Source: Zootoca vivipara
Lineage: Eukaryota
Direction: 5' to 3'
Assembly (NCBI RefSeq): GCF_963506605.1
Contig: NC_083283.1
Location: 60,512,001-60,576,000, forward strand
Length of the DNA stretch: 64,000 nt
Shown here: piece after piece, positions 36,922 through 50,844 of the stretch
Layout: each line of letters starts with the position of its first letter
How positions within the stretch are numbered: the first letter of the stretch is position 1
The notes under the pieces: generated by a model
Database searches by the model: none
What the model saw: only the letters and a program-made list of their open reading frames with translations
What the model was told of the DNA's origin: nothing
Program-made: the position numbers and the translations under genes

Positions 36922-39289
36922 AGACAAACACAACTTTCCCACAATTTCTGGTTTCCGTACGCAGAAGGGCTACTGACATGAAGAGGTGGTCAGAAGAAGA
37001 AAACTTCTGTGTACAGAGGAACATGAGTGAGAGGTGAAAGGGAAGGTGGAAACAGGAGCTGACTGTAGCCTAAGGCTGCAATTCTTTTCACAAATAAGCT
37101 ATTAAATCCCATTAAAGTCAATGGACGCAAAATTGCATCTTACAATAACTTGTACCTTTTTATTGCAGGGATCAGCTGTTTTGTTGACATAACCAGCTAT
37201 TATTAAAATATCAGAAGTCCAATACAGGAAGAATTCAAAAACCTGAATTTAAAAAAAAGACCATTTTTGCATCCACCTACTCACAGTACTTAGCACTTTT
37301 TATACACGCAGACGTTCTGCTGGGCTAGATAATAGGAGCTGTCAATTCAATTTCACAACGTGCTCATTCCTAGGAGTATTTCATTGTTTTAGCATTTTAT
37401 TTTATTTTATTTTAAAAAAGAGACCTCTTATTTTGCTTAGTATTTTTTTTAAGTACTATTAATTGCCAATTCTAATCCAGTCCCCTCTAAAATTAAGAAA
37501 AACAAGACTTTCCATTCTGAATTTAGCAGCATGATCAGATTGATTTGCATTAGACAAGGATGCTAAACTGCTGACCAGCCGATAGCATGTGACTTTATGT
37601 TCTCTGGTTGCTGTGACTATAGGTGCAGTGAGTGCTCCTTTAGTGCACAGAGAGGCCACCAGGCTCACAGAAGCAAGGATGGATAAGCAAGCCAAACCCA
37701 GCTTTGCTCAGAGCTTCATCTTTCACCCTTTCCTCATCATGTCTTATTCCCCAAGCCTTACATCATTATTTATAAGCTGCATTTCAGGGCCCAAACAACG
37801 CCCCCCCACCCCCGGCAAAATTCATAAAGATATAGTAATATACAAAATCAAAGTTAAAACCTCTTATTAAAAATGGAGGAGCAGCATTAAAACTCACCCC
37901 CAGCACATGTTGTAAATAACTATGATAGATTTATCATACTAATTTACAACAAGTGTTTTGGGGGGAGGTGTTTTAAGCTCTCTCTTATTGACACAGAGAT
38001 AGGGGGGTCACAAGTATCCCATGTCTCATTTGTACGCTTGAGTAATATCCTCCTCTTCCTTCATTCATCATGCCAGGAATATAATTCACAAGTGAGCACA
38101 TGCCCCTCAAGGTTTGGATTTGATGACAGGAGGACTTCTGCCTCCATGTTTCTGAGTCCCCTTGGGCAAGATATCTCAAGTTTTAAAAAAACCACCAACA
38201 ACAACCCACCCCTGCTTAAGTTCCTGTCATTAAAGGAGCTTTAATTTGCCTACAATCGTCTACAAAGCATGAGATAGAGTGCCTCTCTTGTTACAAAATA
38301 ATGGAAGGTGCAAATGTGTTATAGGAAATACAATATGGCTATTTTTTGAAAAAGCAGTTAACAGAAAAGGTTGGAAATCCAGTTTGAGAAACCTTCGATA
38401 TATAAAGTGATGCAATAAGTGTTTTAGCTCAATGTCAAAGTGAAGTGTAAGCAACAACAGTTAACAGACCCTGTTGCTAATTTACTACATGCAGCGACAT
38501 GAGCAGAACAATGATTACTCTGTGTAGAGTATTTCCTGCTAAATACTCCACCCAACAGTCAATGTCTCATATTTAAACACAAGATTTACAGAGAGAGGGC
38601 GGGGGGGGGGAGATGCAATAAAATGCACAGCTGGCATTTATACTTTATAAACTAACTAACCCACATCAAAAGGTGTTCCCCTCTAGCGCTTCAGCAGGTA
38701 ATCTTCGGATTTACTGCCAAGTGCTGCTCCTGATTCTTAGCGCTCATTGTTTGGAACCACTGGAATTTATGTCAAAGGCAAGTGTAGTCTCAGTAATATC
38801 TTCAGTGTACATTACCTTGAGTCAGTTGTTTAGAAGGTGATGAATCAAGGATGATGATGATAGCAATAATAGGACAGAGGATAGCATTGTTGTTTTTAAA
38901 GGATTGTAAATGCATGTAAAGATTACTTGCTCCCTTGTGATGGTTACCTCTGAGAGCGACTGCCGTAGGAATTCAGTGATTCACCCACATTTAGGTTCAA
39001 ATGAACCCATCTCTCCAAACCTTCCCCCCAATCAATAGGTGAGATAGCAGTTTTGAGTTGAAGAAGGGAAAGGTGTAAGCAAACTGTCTCTGGCCCATTC
39101 CTTCCAATCTAATTTGACTCAGCTGATTTTACCGAGGGTTGGGGGGAGACACCAGATGAAGTGGGGGAGAGGGAAAACAGAACTTCATCCAATGTGTAAT
39201 TAGAACCATAAGACGTCATCCTCATAACAGAAGTTTCATTCCTTGAATAATTTGCAGTTAGGCAAATGCACTGAATGGATTTATTATAC

Positions 39290-39514
39290 CAGGCATGTCC
39301 AACAGGTAGATCATGATCTACCAGTAGATCACTGGATGTCTGCAGTAGATCACTGGTAGATCAACAAGTTTGACCCGAACCCCCTCAAAATGGGCCTTCC
39401 ACCTTCCTTAAAAACTCAACAACTTTGACCTGAACTCCAAAAAAGGGGGTAGATCACTGCCAGTTTTTTAACTCTGTGAGTAGATCGCAGTCTCTTGGGA
39501 GTTGGCCACCCCTG
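39290..39514. mobile_element. hAT MITE with internal gtagatc repeats
   Basis: TIRs caggcatgtccaac / gttggccacccctg and a perfect 8-bp TSD tattatac at 39282-39289 and 39515-39522. Confidence 0.88.
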
Positions 39515-39885
39515 TATTATACCAATGAGGCCATTTCTAGCACTGGTACAGTCCTACTAAAATCAAAACAAGAGCCCAAACACCAAGCAGAGCTCTTACT
39601 TCTTATCTGAAAAGGGATGGGTGGTGGTGGTTATTCAGTGAAAGAATGTGATAAATCCACTGTCCTTTCCTTTCTATCTTAAGCATTCAAATGCTTTTAC
39701 AGTCCCGCTTTTCCTAAGTCCAGAAAAAGAAAGAAAGAAGAAAATCTAGCACACTGGAGTATGCTGTGATATATAATTATAATTCATTTTAAAATACTAA
39801 TTTTAAAAGTTCACTAAAAATCTGCTATGTCTATTTATTTGGAAAGCGTTTGAACTTTATTATATGAGAGAATTATAGGGTTGGA

Positions 39886-39888
<3 letters not shown>

Positions 39889-39934
<46 letters not shown>
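39889..39934. repeat. (AG)n microsatellite
   Basis: Seen directly. Confidence 0.95.
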
Positions 39935-39938
<4 letters not shown>

Positions 39939-42409
39939 CCTGGGGACCAGCTTCTGTTTGCAATGCCATTCTGAACCTCTCCCCTAGTGACAGCTTCTGT
40001 TCAGCTGTGATCCTTTAAAAAAGAAGAAAAGGCAGAAAGAGCAGCAAATCTTCAGTGAGCAAAGCTGCCTGCCTCAGAATCAGGGGCGGGGGGGGGGCAG
40101 TATGGTGTTACACAGGTATGACTTAGAGAAAGATCTCTAAGTTCTGGGGAATGGAACAGGAAAGATGTCCCCCCTCCCCAAATGAAATGGTGTCAATCAA
40201 CATCATGGCGCGTGTGCACGACCACACAACAGTGAACTCAAGAGTTATGGCAGGTATGTAGCCAAAACACAGCTACTGAAAGAAACAAACAAAACTCTGA
40301 GCATGCTCAACCACCATCGAATGTCAGAATCTCTAGGGAAGAAATGGAGATGGAAAACTGAGGTGGAGTATCCTGGCAGAAGGTATAGATGTGTGGCACT
40401 GTGAAGAGGAGCAGCTCATGCTAGAAATTTTTGTTGCAGGTCCTACTTGGATTCTTTTATTTTCCAGAGTCTTATGGCTCAGGTTTTTAATGTGGAGGGT
40501 GGGGAATGGCAGCTGGCAGGGTGGTGGTACTTATTTGACTTCCCAATGCAGACGTCACTGTTGGTAAGGGCAAGGCAATAGGGAGGCCGGTGCAGTGCGG
40601 ACACAGCGACAGCAATGCCAAATTAGCTTTGTTGCTGTACTTGCACCATGCTGGTCTCTTCACCACCTCCCTTCCTCTCAATTACTGACTGCAACTTCCA
40701 TACTGGGCTATCCTGCTTTACCCCACCTGGGTAAGGGATACCCCACTCCTGGGGAGGGGGTGAATATGTTAATAGTGTACAGAACACACATGCTTTCCCC
40801 CCACAATTGTTGTCTTAATGGATCTGAATATATGTGGTGATGTGAGGGCAGATCTCTGGTAACTGTGGTAATAGTGGGGTTTTTTTTTTACTTTTATGAT
40901 TCTCTACAGCTGCTGTTAGAATAACCTTCTCTTTGTTATGCTAGTCAAGTAGTGAAATGAAGAAAGGATACATACAGCATGTCTTAAGAGGCAGGACACA
41001 CATACACGTAAGCAGAAAGGAAACAAAATCTAATTTTGGTTAACAAGGAGGTTAGAATCGCCTCCTCACAAGAGGGAAATCATTGCTTCTTGCCAAATTA
41101 TATAAATTGGCGAGCCACACATCTTTTTGAGGAATCGTAACACCCCAACACTTCAATGACTAGCACTGGCTCAACTCTATCTACAGTACTAGCCTGCTGA
41201 CTTGGCATCTTCTTCTTTGAATTCTTATCCTGGCTGAAATTACTTCCTGGAAGAAGTCAGTGTGCCATGATTGGATACACAATTATCAGCTTCAGCTATG
41301 TCAACTGTGCATAATGTGATTCCCACACAAGTTGCTGCCTTCTTTTCCAGCTAAGCTACTATGTATTTTAAGTAGCTAGCTAAACATTTTTAAGGAAACT
41401 ATATATAGTGGTTATATTTTCAACCATCTCTGCTTCACTCTCCTAATAGAAAAGTAGCGTTCCAACAAACATGTGTGTGTGTGTGCGTGCACTTCTGTGC
41501 GTGCACACACCCGAAAGAGAAAGAGATGCGTGCTTTACTGCATAATGTGGAATCTGGCATTGGCTTGGCTCCTAAGACAACTTGAGGAAGTTTGTGGAAT
41601 ACAGATGTCCTTCCTTGCCTTCTCAAAGCAGCCCCATGGCAGCTCACCTCACCCTACATTTTTATGGAAGATCCCCTTGACACCTCCCCCATCCTGGATA
41701 TGATTTTATTGGGGGGTGCATAGGGAGCAGGACTCCCTATGCACCCTCCCAAGTCTTCCTTCCATGTACTTCCTTAACTTAATGTCCTACGATCCAAGCC
41801 ACCAACGTTTTGTTTTACTGCATATGATAATGAACAAGGAAAATTTACACAAAGAATCTGTTGAAAGAAAAGAAGTACGGTATCAGGATTCTAGTTTACC
41901 CAAACAACTAGCTGTTGCCTATTGCTCTAAGCAACTAACTGGGAGTACATAAAACTGGCAAATTCTCATATTTTTTGTAAGCATACAACACTATTTTGTA
42001 TTTCTTACATCCTTCCACATATTGCAAAAAAAGGATAACTAACAAGTTACTAAACTAGTTCATTAATGCAGAATGGTGCATAAGAAATATCTAGGCTAAG
42101 TGCTGGAAGATACAATCGGCAGACTCAACACATATGTCTGTTGATGGGTTGGACCACTTCACACAGGTCATCAAATGCTGAAATGCTCCCCTAATAAACT
42201 CTCTGCAAATACAAGGTGGCATGTCAGGGAGACTGATGGAGGCGATTTTAATGAAATGAAATGTTTTTACAGATATAGCGACGTTACTGTTTAAATTCCA
42301 TACATCTCTGTGAGGACAATGTGTACACCTGCATTGTGAACCACTACAAAGCAGCATTTTCCTGCTTTTCATCTCCTGCCACCAGCATATTTTATATTGG
42401 AAAGGACCA

Positions 42410-42411
<2 letters not shown>

Positions 42412-42486
<75 letters not shown>
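42412..42486. repeat. Compound (GT)n(GA)n microsatellite
   Basis: Seen directly. Confidence 0.95.
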
Positions 42487-42489
<3 letters not shown>

Positions 42490-42850
42490 TTCCTTTTCTA
42501 TAGGCATGCTAATGCACCTGTTCAAGACTACATTCATTTACAAGTGATCAAAAGGTGTATTAGATACTATATGCAAATCTGGAACTATATGCAAATGTAC
42601 ATTCACTCCCAGCCAGTCCTTCAAATTTAAAATTAGTCTCTACCAAGTGCATTATGTAGCATAAAACAGGCATTCACAAGGGAGCCTGATGCCACAAGAG
42701 AGGTTAAGAGATATTCTTCAAATCACTTGTAATTTGCTTCACCTCATCAGTTGTTGCATAAGGGGGATATGGTTTGTTTGTTTGTTTGTGCCGTTCATAT
42801 GCTGATTTTTGCTAAATTTTCAAAGCAGTATGCAAAAAAACCCATGAAAG

Positions 42851-43634
42851 TGTTGTTCATGCCACCCCAATCTCTGAGTGATGCAAGATTCCAGGGGCTC
42901 CAGGGGCATATTTCCTTTTCAAAATGAGGCACAGCAAAGATTCTTTGTGTCTTTATGATATATGGGTTATTTACATATACCTGAGCCTATGGTGGAAGGT
43001 TCACAGCATTAACAACCAAAAAGGGTCTTATTTCTACCACAGCTGCAGCCTTGGATACAAGCAGAAATCAGCCATGGCTCTCGCTCTGCCTTTTTCAGTC
43101 TGCAACTTATTTTCCCCTTCTAGGTCACATCATAACCAACTCTGCTCTAAACTCTGGCATCTGTTTTTCGAACTATCTAAGATGTCTAGTATTTGATGTC
43201 TAGTATAGAGCCCCCTCTCCTTGCTTTCCTAATGGCCCATCACCTTTTCTTTTGTTTCCTTAATGGCTCATCACCCCATTTGATACCTCATGAAGAAGCT
43301 AGCCTGGCGAATAATAGAATCATAGAGTTGGAAGAGACCACAAGGGCCATCCAGTCCAACCCCCTGCCAAGCAGGAAACACCATCAAAGCATTCTTGACA
43401 TATGGCTGTCAAGCCTCTGCTTAAAGACCTCCAAAGAAGGAGACTCCACCACACTTCTTGGCAGCAAATTCCACTGTTGAACAGCTCTTACTGTCAGGCT
43501 TATATTTTAACACTTGCTGGATTCTGGGGTTAAAGAGGTCTGGCACCCAGTTTAACACTCCAAGTTTTGATTAAATTAGAACACTTACTAGTTCTGGGAA
43601 TTCAGGGGAGTCTGGCATCTCCAAACTCACAACA
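42851..43634 (-). mobile_element. Older LTR related to 28361-28762, interrupted by a CR1 fragment
   Basis: Ends tgttg / ccaaactcacaaca. Shares, in reverse, 'caccccaatctctgag', 'gggtcttatttctaccacagctgcagcc' and 'gtctggcat' with the 28.4-kb LTR. No TSD found. Confidence 0.6.
43314..43498 (-). mobile_element. CR1 LINE 3' end
   Basis: atagaatcatagagttggaagagacc...catccagtccaacccc is the reverse complement of the CR1 (ATTCTATG)n terminus. Confidence 0.88.
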
Positions 43635-46206
43635 CTACAAATATTAAAACAAAATCCAAACAACAGAAACAGCAGAGCAGTAAAACACAAAAATCAGAGC
43701 AACAGATAAAAATGAAAAGGCCTTGGAAAATAAAAAGGTTTCAGCTCAATGCTAAAAACATGAGTTGGCGGTAGTGGGCTGGGTCCCATTCCAAAAGGAG
43801 GACCAATATGATTGAAAAGGCTCTCCCTGTAATAGCCACGAGCCTAACTTCCAAAAACAAGGGTGTCCAGTGAAGGATCTATGATTATGTTCTTGACATA
43901 TTACTGGTTGATGTAGGAGAAGATATTCAACCACCCAGCAGCTCTTCAGGTACCAGCACTCTGAATTGGGCCCCAAAATGGACTTGCACCCAGTGAAGCT
44001 TTTCTCATAAATTAATCCCAATAATCCAGCAACTATGTTCTGCACTAAATGGTTTGGATAACATTGGAAATTGCCACTCAATCTACTGGTAGTTACCCTG
44101 ATAATCAAATATGGTAATCTACTGGTAGTCTAACCCAGATAATCAAATCAGGTGTGACGCGATTTGGTGCTTCTGTGCATGTCATTTTGTGCTTCTGCGC
44201 ATGTGCTGAAACCCGGAATTAACCAGTTCCGGTACTTCTGGGTTTGGCGCGGTCTGCAACCTGAAAACGCGCAGCGTTCATAACTCAAAACTGCATTTTA
44301 AAATAGCAATATGAATGGCTACCTTTTTGTAACAAGAGGGGCTAAAATCATTTCAAAACGGGGAAATAGGGTTGGTAACATTCCGTAGAAGGCAGTAACT
44401 CAGATTTCGGGTCTTTTTAATCGGAAAACAATAAGGGCTTTCTCGATACAGAGGGCTCTTCACTTACCACTTTGCCATCCTTGGCATGAATTGCAAGCCA
44501 AGGTTCCGCAAACAATTAACAGCATTAAAATGTAACAATCCTGGCACAATGTGGCAATGTATGGAAAATGTCATCAACCAGGAGGCAATTAGCAGCCAGT
44601 CTGAACAGCACAAGCAGAAGGGAGTGGTTTCCTAACAAAACAGGCCTTGTGGGGGAAAAAACTAAGACATTTTTCTCTTAGAAAACACAGCATTCTTTGT
44701 AAACAGTAAGCTTATATTTCTTGTCGTTTTAAAGATTCCTACGGATCTTTATGGAAGAATTACCCTGATAGAGTCAGACTTTTCTCTCTCTTTTTGCATT
44801 TCCAGCAATGTTTCCATCAATGTTAAGTTGCCAAGTAAATCCATTCAAAAGTATTATTTTCTGTTACTCTTATACCAGCTATATAAAACCTGCAAGAAAG
44901 TGTCGCAGCCGAACTACAGGCTGCCTTCACTACATAGCTGTGCCTTTAAGGGAAGTGGTTTTTTTGCCGCCCCCGCCCCCCCGCCCCCCCGCGGGCACAT
45001 GTGCCAGATCAGGACCACAGTGGTGGAACGTGGGTGAGGATGGGAAGATTTAAAGCCCATCCCAGCATAGTTCTAATCCAAATTGGACCCCTTGTGCCGG
45101 CAATTTATGAAGACAAAAACCCAGCACATAAAGGTACAGCTCCATAGCTAATGTAACATGTACTGTAGTTTGGTTCTCAGAGTTGCAGTGTTTGCCTGCC
45201 TCTCTTAACTATGGAAATCTTTCGATGATCTTCTCAATACCATACTCTTCAAAATCACTCTGTGTGTGCTGTGAATTGGTGCACTTTAAAAGTTAACTGC
45301 TTCTCAAAGAACTGTTTAAAAACTGACATCTCCAACCACATTTCAAGTTCAAGGTTGGGGGTGGGTGGGGGTAGAAATCCTACTTTACGAAGTCTCATCG
45401 GTTTCTACAGATGTGCCTGTCTCCCTCTTTTATTATACTTGACAGCCAATCTGTTGGAAATGATTTGTGCAGAAATTTAGTTCAAATTACTTTATAACTA
45501 GCCATTTATGAGAAAATGCATTTTTCTTTGTCATAAACTGAAAATGAGAGGCTTTTATCTCTTCTCCTTTAAAAGAAAACAACAGCTGGTATTAAAACAA
45601 ATCAAAGGCTAGTAATAGCGTGGTCTCACAATCCGAAGCTCCCTTATATTCTGTCAGGCACTCAGAATATTTTCAGACAAGGATGGATGGTGCAATGACC
45701 TTTCCTGTAAATGTTACTATAATTTTCAGATATTGTGGCAATATTTCCTTTCTTTGCTGTGATTCACCAGCGTTCTTGTTAGCTATGAAAAGTACTTAAG
45801 AAATAGACTTGATTTCACACTCCATAGCTAACTTGATTGTGGGGCAATCATAGCTTTGTTGGGTTGGGTTTTCTTCTTATCTCATGGAGAAAGGGTTAAA
45901 GGGGAGTGTGAGAGAAAGCTCTTCAACTTAATTTTATATTATCATAGATACATTACAGGTGGTGACCATTTTGCACAGGGGTTCTATTCCTGGTCCCCGC
46001 ATGCATTGGCAGAGCGTGCGTAAGCAGGCTTCGCTCCTGTCCTCCTCCCCCCCCCCCAAGCATTCTGCCTTCTTCTGGGTCCAAAAAGACCTATGTGCTG
46101 GCAATCACACATCATTCAACTTGGCAATGGGTAGGATGAGGGAAGCAGAGAGAAGGCAGAAGATTTCCCATCATAAACCAAGATTTCCTAACTCCTGCCA
46201 ATCCCT

Positions 46207-46207
<1 letters not shown>

Positions 46208-46278
<71 letters not shown>

Positions 46279-46284
46279 TGTGTG
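46208..46284. repeat. Compound (CT)n(GT)n microsatellite
   Basis: Seen directly. Confidence 0.95.
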
Positions 46285-47110
46285 ATTTTCTGTCTGGTCC
46301 TCAGGAATGCCACTGCTTCCAACACAAAACATTACTATTAACAAGAATGAAAGAGATAACATGGAAGAAATCCTTACTGTAACTTGTTTTATGCAAAATC
46401 AGTTGGCTGAGTATCAAAACAAAGACTGCACTGAGCAGTTTATTTTCCTCCTTACTGCAATAAACCGATGATTTGTCGATAAAGCAAGCTACTTTTTTTT
46501 TTAATGGATTTTACTTGTTCATGAAATTCTTTTCATAACGTTTGTACTTCTGCTTTGGGTGGGAGGGAAAAAACCTGATCTCAGATGTGCCAATGCTAAC
46601 TGCACATTCAGCAAAGTCAAATGCTAGAAAGATTCTTAAGAAACAGAAGTTATGTCCTGTTAGTCAATTTGGTAGATGAGCAAAATGAGTCACAGACGCA
46701 CTTGGTAAACCCTTGCTGTGTTTTGGTACTGACTCACTTAGCAGAGAGCCTGCTTGTAGTAGGTCCATTGTTCTAGTTGCCTGAAAAGTTGCACATACAC
46801 ACAGACCTATTACTGTATGCTGCTCTTTTCAGCTTCCAGTCACAGCAAGGAGTGGTACTCCTACCTTGAGTATTTGGGGGGGGAGAGAAAATACTAAATG
46901 GGGGGAAAATGCTGAAATTTGGTGCTGCTAAAGTTGGGTCAGACTGACAGGAAGGAAGTCCCAACCACCTGTCAAATGTGGCTCACAGAGGATTGGCCAC
47001 AATTAGATCAAATTTGCTGCCCAAAACACATTTCCCACCTCTGCTATACAATATTTTATGTGTGATTGCAACATGAATTTTCGTAAAGGCACCTTGTTAT
47101 TTTTAATCAT

Positions 47111-47111
47111 A

Positions 47112-47146
<35 letters not shown>

Positions 47147-47147
47147 A
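47111..47147. repeat. (TAAA)n microsatellite
   Basis: Seen directly. Confidence 0.9.
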
Positions 47148-47756
47148 ATGGGTAGTTACCACCACCACCACCAATCAATATCCTCTTGTAATAGCCCCTT
47201 TAATTGAATTTGCTTTTTTAAAAAAAATCTCACTGCACCATGGGGGTTGAATATTTAATTGAGGTATTAACTGTGACCTCAAGATGTCTTTATTGGTTAG
47301 CTGTTGCCAGTTCAGTAGCCAGTTCAGTTAAGACTTTTTTTTTGCCTCAACAAACATCACTGTTCAGAAGAGATCCTTTTGTAGTTCTTCCGTCTACTCT
47401 GGATTTTGCTATCCTGAATATTTGGAGGTCCTCTGCAAATCTGGCTATTTTACAGTTCAGCCCTAACTACAAATAACTGATAAAGAAAAACACTTTAACA
47501 CTTATTCCAATACAGATCCTTGAGGAAGCCCACTGTTTTCCTGTCTCCACTGTAAGAACTGTTTCCTGTTCCTTTCTGCTCTTGCTGTATTCGAGGGTGG
47601 TAAACTGACAGTTACGGGCTGTAGTTTTGTGCGCACTATACTTTTACCTTTACCTTTGCACACTACATGGTAACAAGCCCTACTGAATATAGTGGGGCTT
47701 ACTTTCGAGGTAATGCGCACAGCACTGCACAATTAAACTGCTATATTTTGCCATGG

Positions 47757-48109
47757 GGACCCAGGTGGTGCTGTGGGTTAAACCACTGAGCCTAGGGCTT
47801 GCTGATCAGAAGGTCAGCGGTTCGAATCCCTGTGACGGGGTGAGCTCCCGTTGCTTGGTCCCAGCTCCTGCCAACCTAGTAGTTCGAAAGCACGTCGAAG
47901 TGCAAGTAGATAAATAGGAACCGCTTCAGCGGGAAGGTAAACAGCGTTTCCATGTGGTGCTCTGGTTTGCCAGAAGTGGTTTTGTCATGCTGGCCACATG
48001 ACCTGGAAGCTGTACGCTGGCTCCCTCGGCCAATAATGCGAGATGAGCGCGCAACCCCAGAGTCGGTCACAACTGGACCTAATGGTCAGGGGTCCCTTTA
48101 CCTTTACCT
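47757..48109 (+). mobile_element. Sauria SINE, full length
   Basis: Head and tail as in the other copies. Perfect 13-bp TSD tattttgccatgg at 47744-47756 and 48110-48122. Confidence 0.95.
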
Positions 48110-48483
48110 TATTTTGCCATGGTAGCATGTTGGGACACACACTTGCTATTTGGATTTCTTGCCATAGGCAACAAAATGTCTTAGGCTGGTCTTGTCCTGG
48201 TATGTTTCATAATAACACCTGGACTTTTATGACACAACTGAAGTGAGGGGTTTTAACACTACTAAAATACCGTACTCACTGTAGCATAGAACTAGTATTA
48301 AAAGACCATCCCTTGAAAGATCCTTTAGACAAATGAAAGCACAACCACAACACTTTGGGCTTGGATACCCTTACAGAAACAACTTCCTCCACACATCTTA
48401 AGTCACCAGATAAGAATGCTGTGATACACGAAAAAGGAAAACAGCACTAAGGGAGAATACTGAAATCACGAGGATAATTACCA

Positions 48484-48712
48484 CCGTGTTTCTCATATGT
48501 CTTATATTTATTTTTCCTCAAAAAACAAACAAACACTATGGCTTATTTTCAGGGGATGTCTTATTTTTTTCCTCTTCCTCCTGCCGCGGCCGGCATTGCT
48601 GCTGCGCCTATCACTATGTCTTATTTTCGGGGTATGGCTTATATTCCTTGAATGCTTAAAAATCCTGCTATGGCTTATTTTATGGGTATGTCTTAAAATA
48701 TGAGAAACAGGG
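48484..48712. mobile_element. Tc2/pogo-like MITE
   Basis: TIRs ccgtgtttctcatat / atatgagaaacaggg, internal repeats of tatg(g/t)cttatttt, and TA at the right end. Confidence 0.7.
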
Positions 48713-50387
48713 TATGTAGACAGAAATAGAAGTTGTAAGCAATCAGTATATACGAGCAATATATGTCGATTAGAAAGGAAAAGGAAAAAAGGAGGACTGC
48801 ACCTTTCGTTTGACCAACTGGCAATACACACATCATCATCATCATCATTTGTTGTCATGTGTCCTTTTTTCCGGGACACGTCCTCTTTTTCAGGGGTAAA
48901 ATTTCTGTTTCTGGCAATACTTTCTGGATAAGACATAGATGTAACTAGTGGTTGAAGACTTGTTTTCCTTTTCTCTTTTCCTGCCCTCCTCAGCAATATA
49001 GCACAGCTTCTGTGATATATATATATAAAAAATGAGTGTCATCATAGCGTCCTCTTTTCTGCTCTTAAAATATGGCAACCCTATCACAAATGCTTAACAC
49101 ATATGTATGTATTAACAGCCTCACCTCTCATGATGTAGAGTTTGCCTGTGCCTGGTTCAGTAATAACATTATCTGAAATATTTAAGCCACATTACTGAAA
49201 CTGAATTATCAGAAGGATTTCTATTACATGCCCACCTTCTAACTTGTTGCATGATGACAGGGGAATTGGGAGAATTGTCCAGTATCATAAATACAGGCTT
49301 CCACTGAATGAAGGCAACTCATTCAGTTAATACAAAAAAGAGCGACTCTCACATACAGCAAGAAGATGATAAACATACTTGTTTAATTCAGATGCAATGA
49401 CAAGGCACAGTTTAACAATCAGAAGTGCCCCCTATAGTTTGATATACTCCACCCTGCACTTCCTAGGTAGGCTTGATATGCTTTCCAGTTAGTGAAACTA
49501 TGCTTACAATTCGTGTCCAAACCACAGCTTGAAAGCATGATTATGAGGAGTTTCCAAATGGCAATTTGAAGGTTGAGGACACAGGGAGTAGCCCCACCCC
49601 CGAGGTTGTACACTCCTCCTTTGGTGTCCATGCATACTGGCTTGCAGATTCCAGGAAAGTCTTCATGTACACTACTCTGTGTGCAAATACCTCTTCACTA
49701 CAGACATTCATTCAGTATGCATAGATGTCTAGCAGAATTACTTGTAGACCCTGTACAATTATTATTACACAAATACAATTAAATTGTTCTATTATAATTA
49801 TCCACATGAGTAACTGGTAAGGAATCTCCAATTCTAGTCTCCAATAACTGCTTGCTGTTTTGAAGAACACTGATTCTAATCCTACCATCTCAGAGTCGGT
49901 TGAAGCAAGTAATCTTAATCATCAATGGCTTTCCAGGTCAGGTCATTGATCTACACTAAAAACGCTAGAATCCTTTCAGCACTTGTAAATGCAATTCTAT
50001 CTTAGTAATTAAGCTAAATACCAAGCTCACATATTTCTCTAATATGCAATTCTTGGTACAATAAATAATGCATAACAGCAGAGATCTGGCAGTGGTCCAC
50101 ACCATTATATCAAATGCAACCAAGTATCTGCACCGACATACAGCTTCAGCAATGGAAAGTTTGGCTTTCTCGCCCAGACTCAGTTCAGCTGGAACTCTGC
50201 ATGTGCCTCACGACTGTATTATTTGGCTTTGCTCTGAGCAACGACAGCATCACTGTAGTGAACAAGGAAAGCCCTTGTGTTATCACCCTACACTAGTCAG
50301 CACATGACAGACACAAACAGGAAGGTGCACCTTAGCCCAATTAATTGGAATTTAATCCATATCTAAAACAAACAACACTAATAATAA

Positions 50388-50844
50388 TGTTGTTGTTTAG
50401 TCGTTTAGTCGTGTCCGACTCTTCGTGACCCCATGAACCACTGCACGCCAGGCACTCCTGTCTTCCACTGCCTCCCGCAGTTTGGTCAGACTCGTGTTGG
50501 TAGCTTCGATAACACTGTTCAACCATCTCATCCTCTGCCGTCCCCTTCTCCTTGTGCCCTCAATCTTTCCCAACATCAGGGTCTTTTCCAAGGATTCTTC
50601 TCTTCTCATGAGGTGGCCAAAGTATTGGAGCCTCAGCTTCAGGATCTTTCCTTCCAGGGAGCACTCAGGGCTGATTTCCTTAAGAATGGATAGGTTTGAT
50701 CTTCTTGCAGTCCATGGGACTCTCAAGAGTCTCCTCCAGCACCATAATTCAAAAGCATCAATTCTTCGGCGATCAGCCTTCCATACATCACTACTGGGAA
50801 AACCATAGCTTTATCGGCAAGGTGATGTCTCTGCTTTTTAAGAT
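50388..50844 (-). mobile_element. BovB 3' fragment with two small internal deletions, inserted in an (AAT)n tract
   Basis: Near-identical to 3160-3650. ORF 50397-50726 is the BovB C-terminus. Both flanks are (aat)n. Confidence 0.93.

Noticed and set aside
44080-44148. ~31-bp direct duplication
   Set aside because: An imperfect local tandem duplication inside an old L2 remnant, with no functional implication.
49125-49172. 48-nt minus-strand exon-like segment (NVITEPGTGKLYIMR), and similar ones at ~3081-3134 and ~46738-46780
   Set aside because: Splice-like sites occur by chance at this frequency. The peptides are unrecognised and have no independent support.
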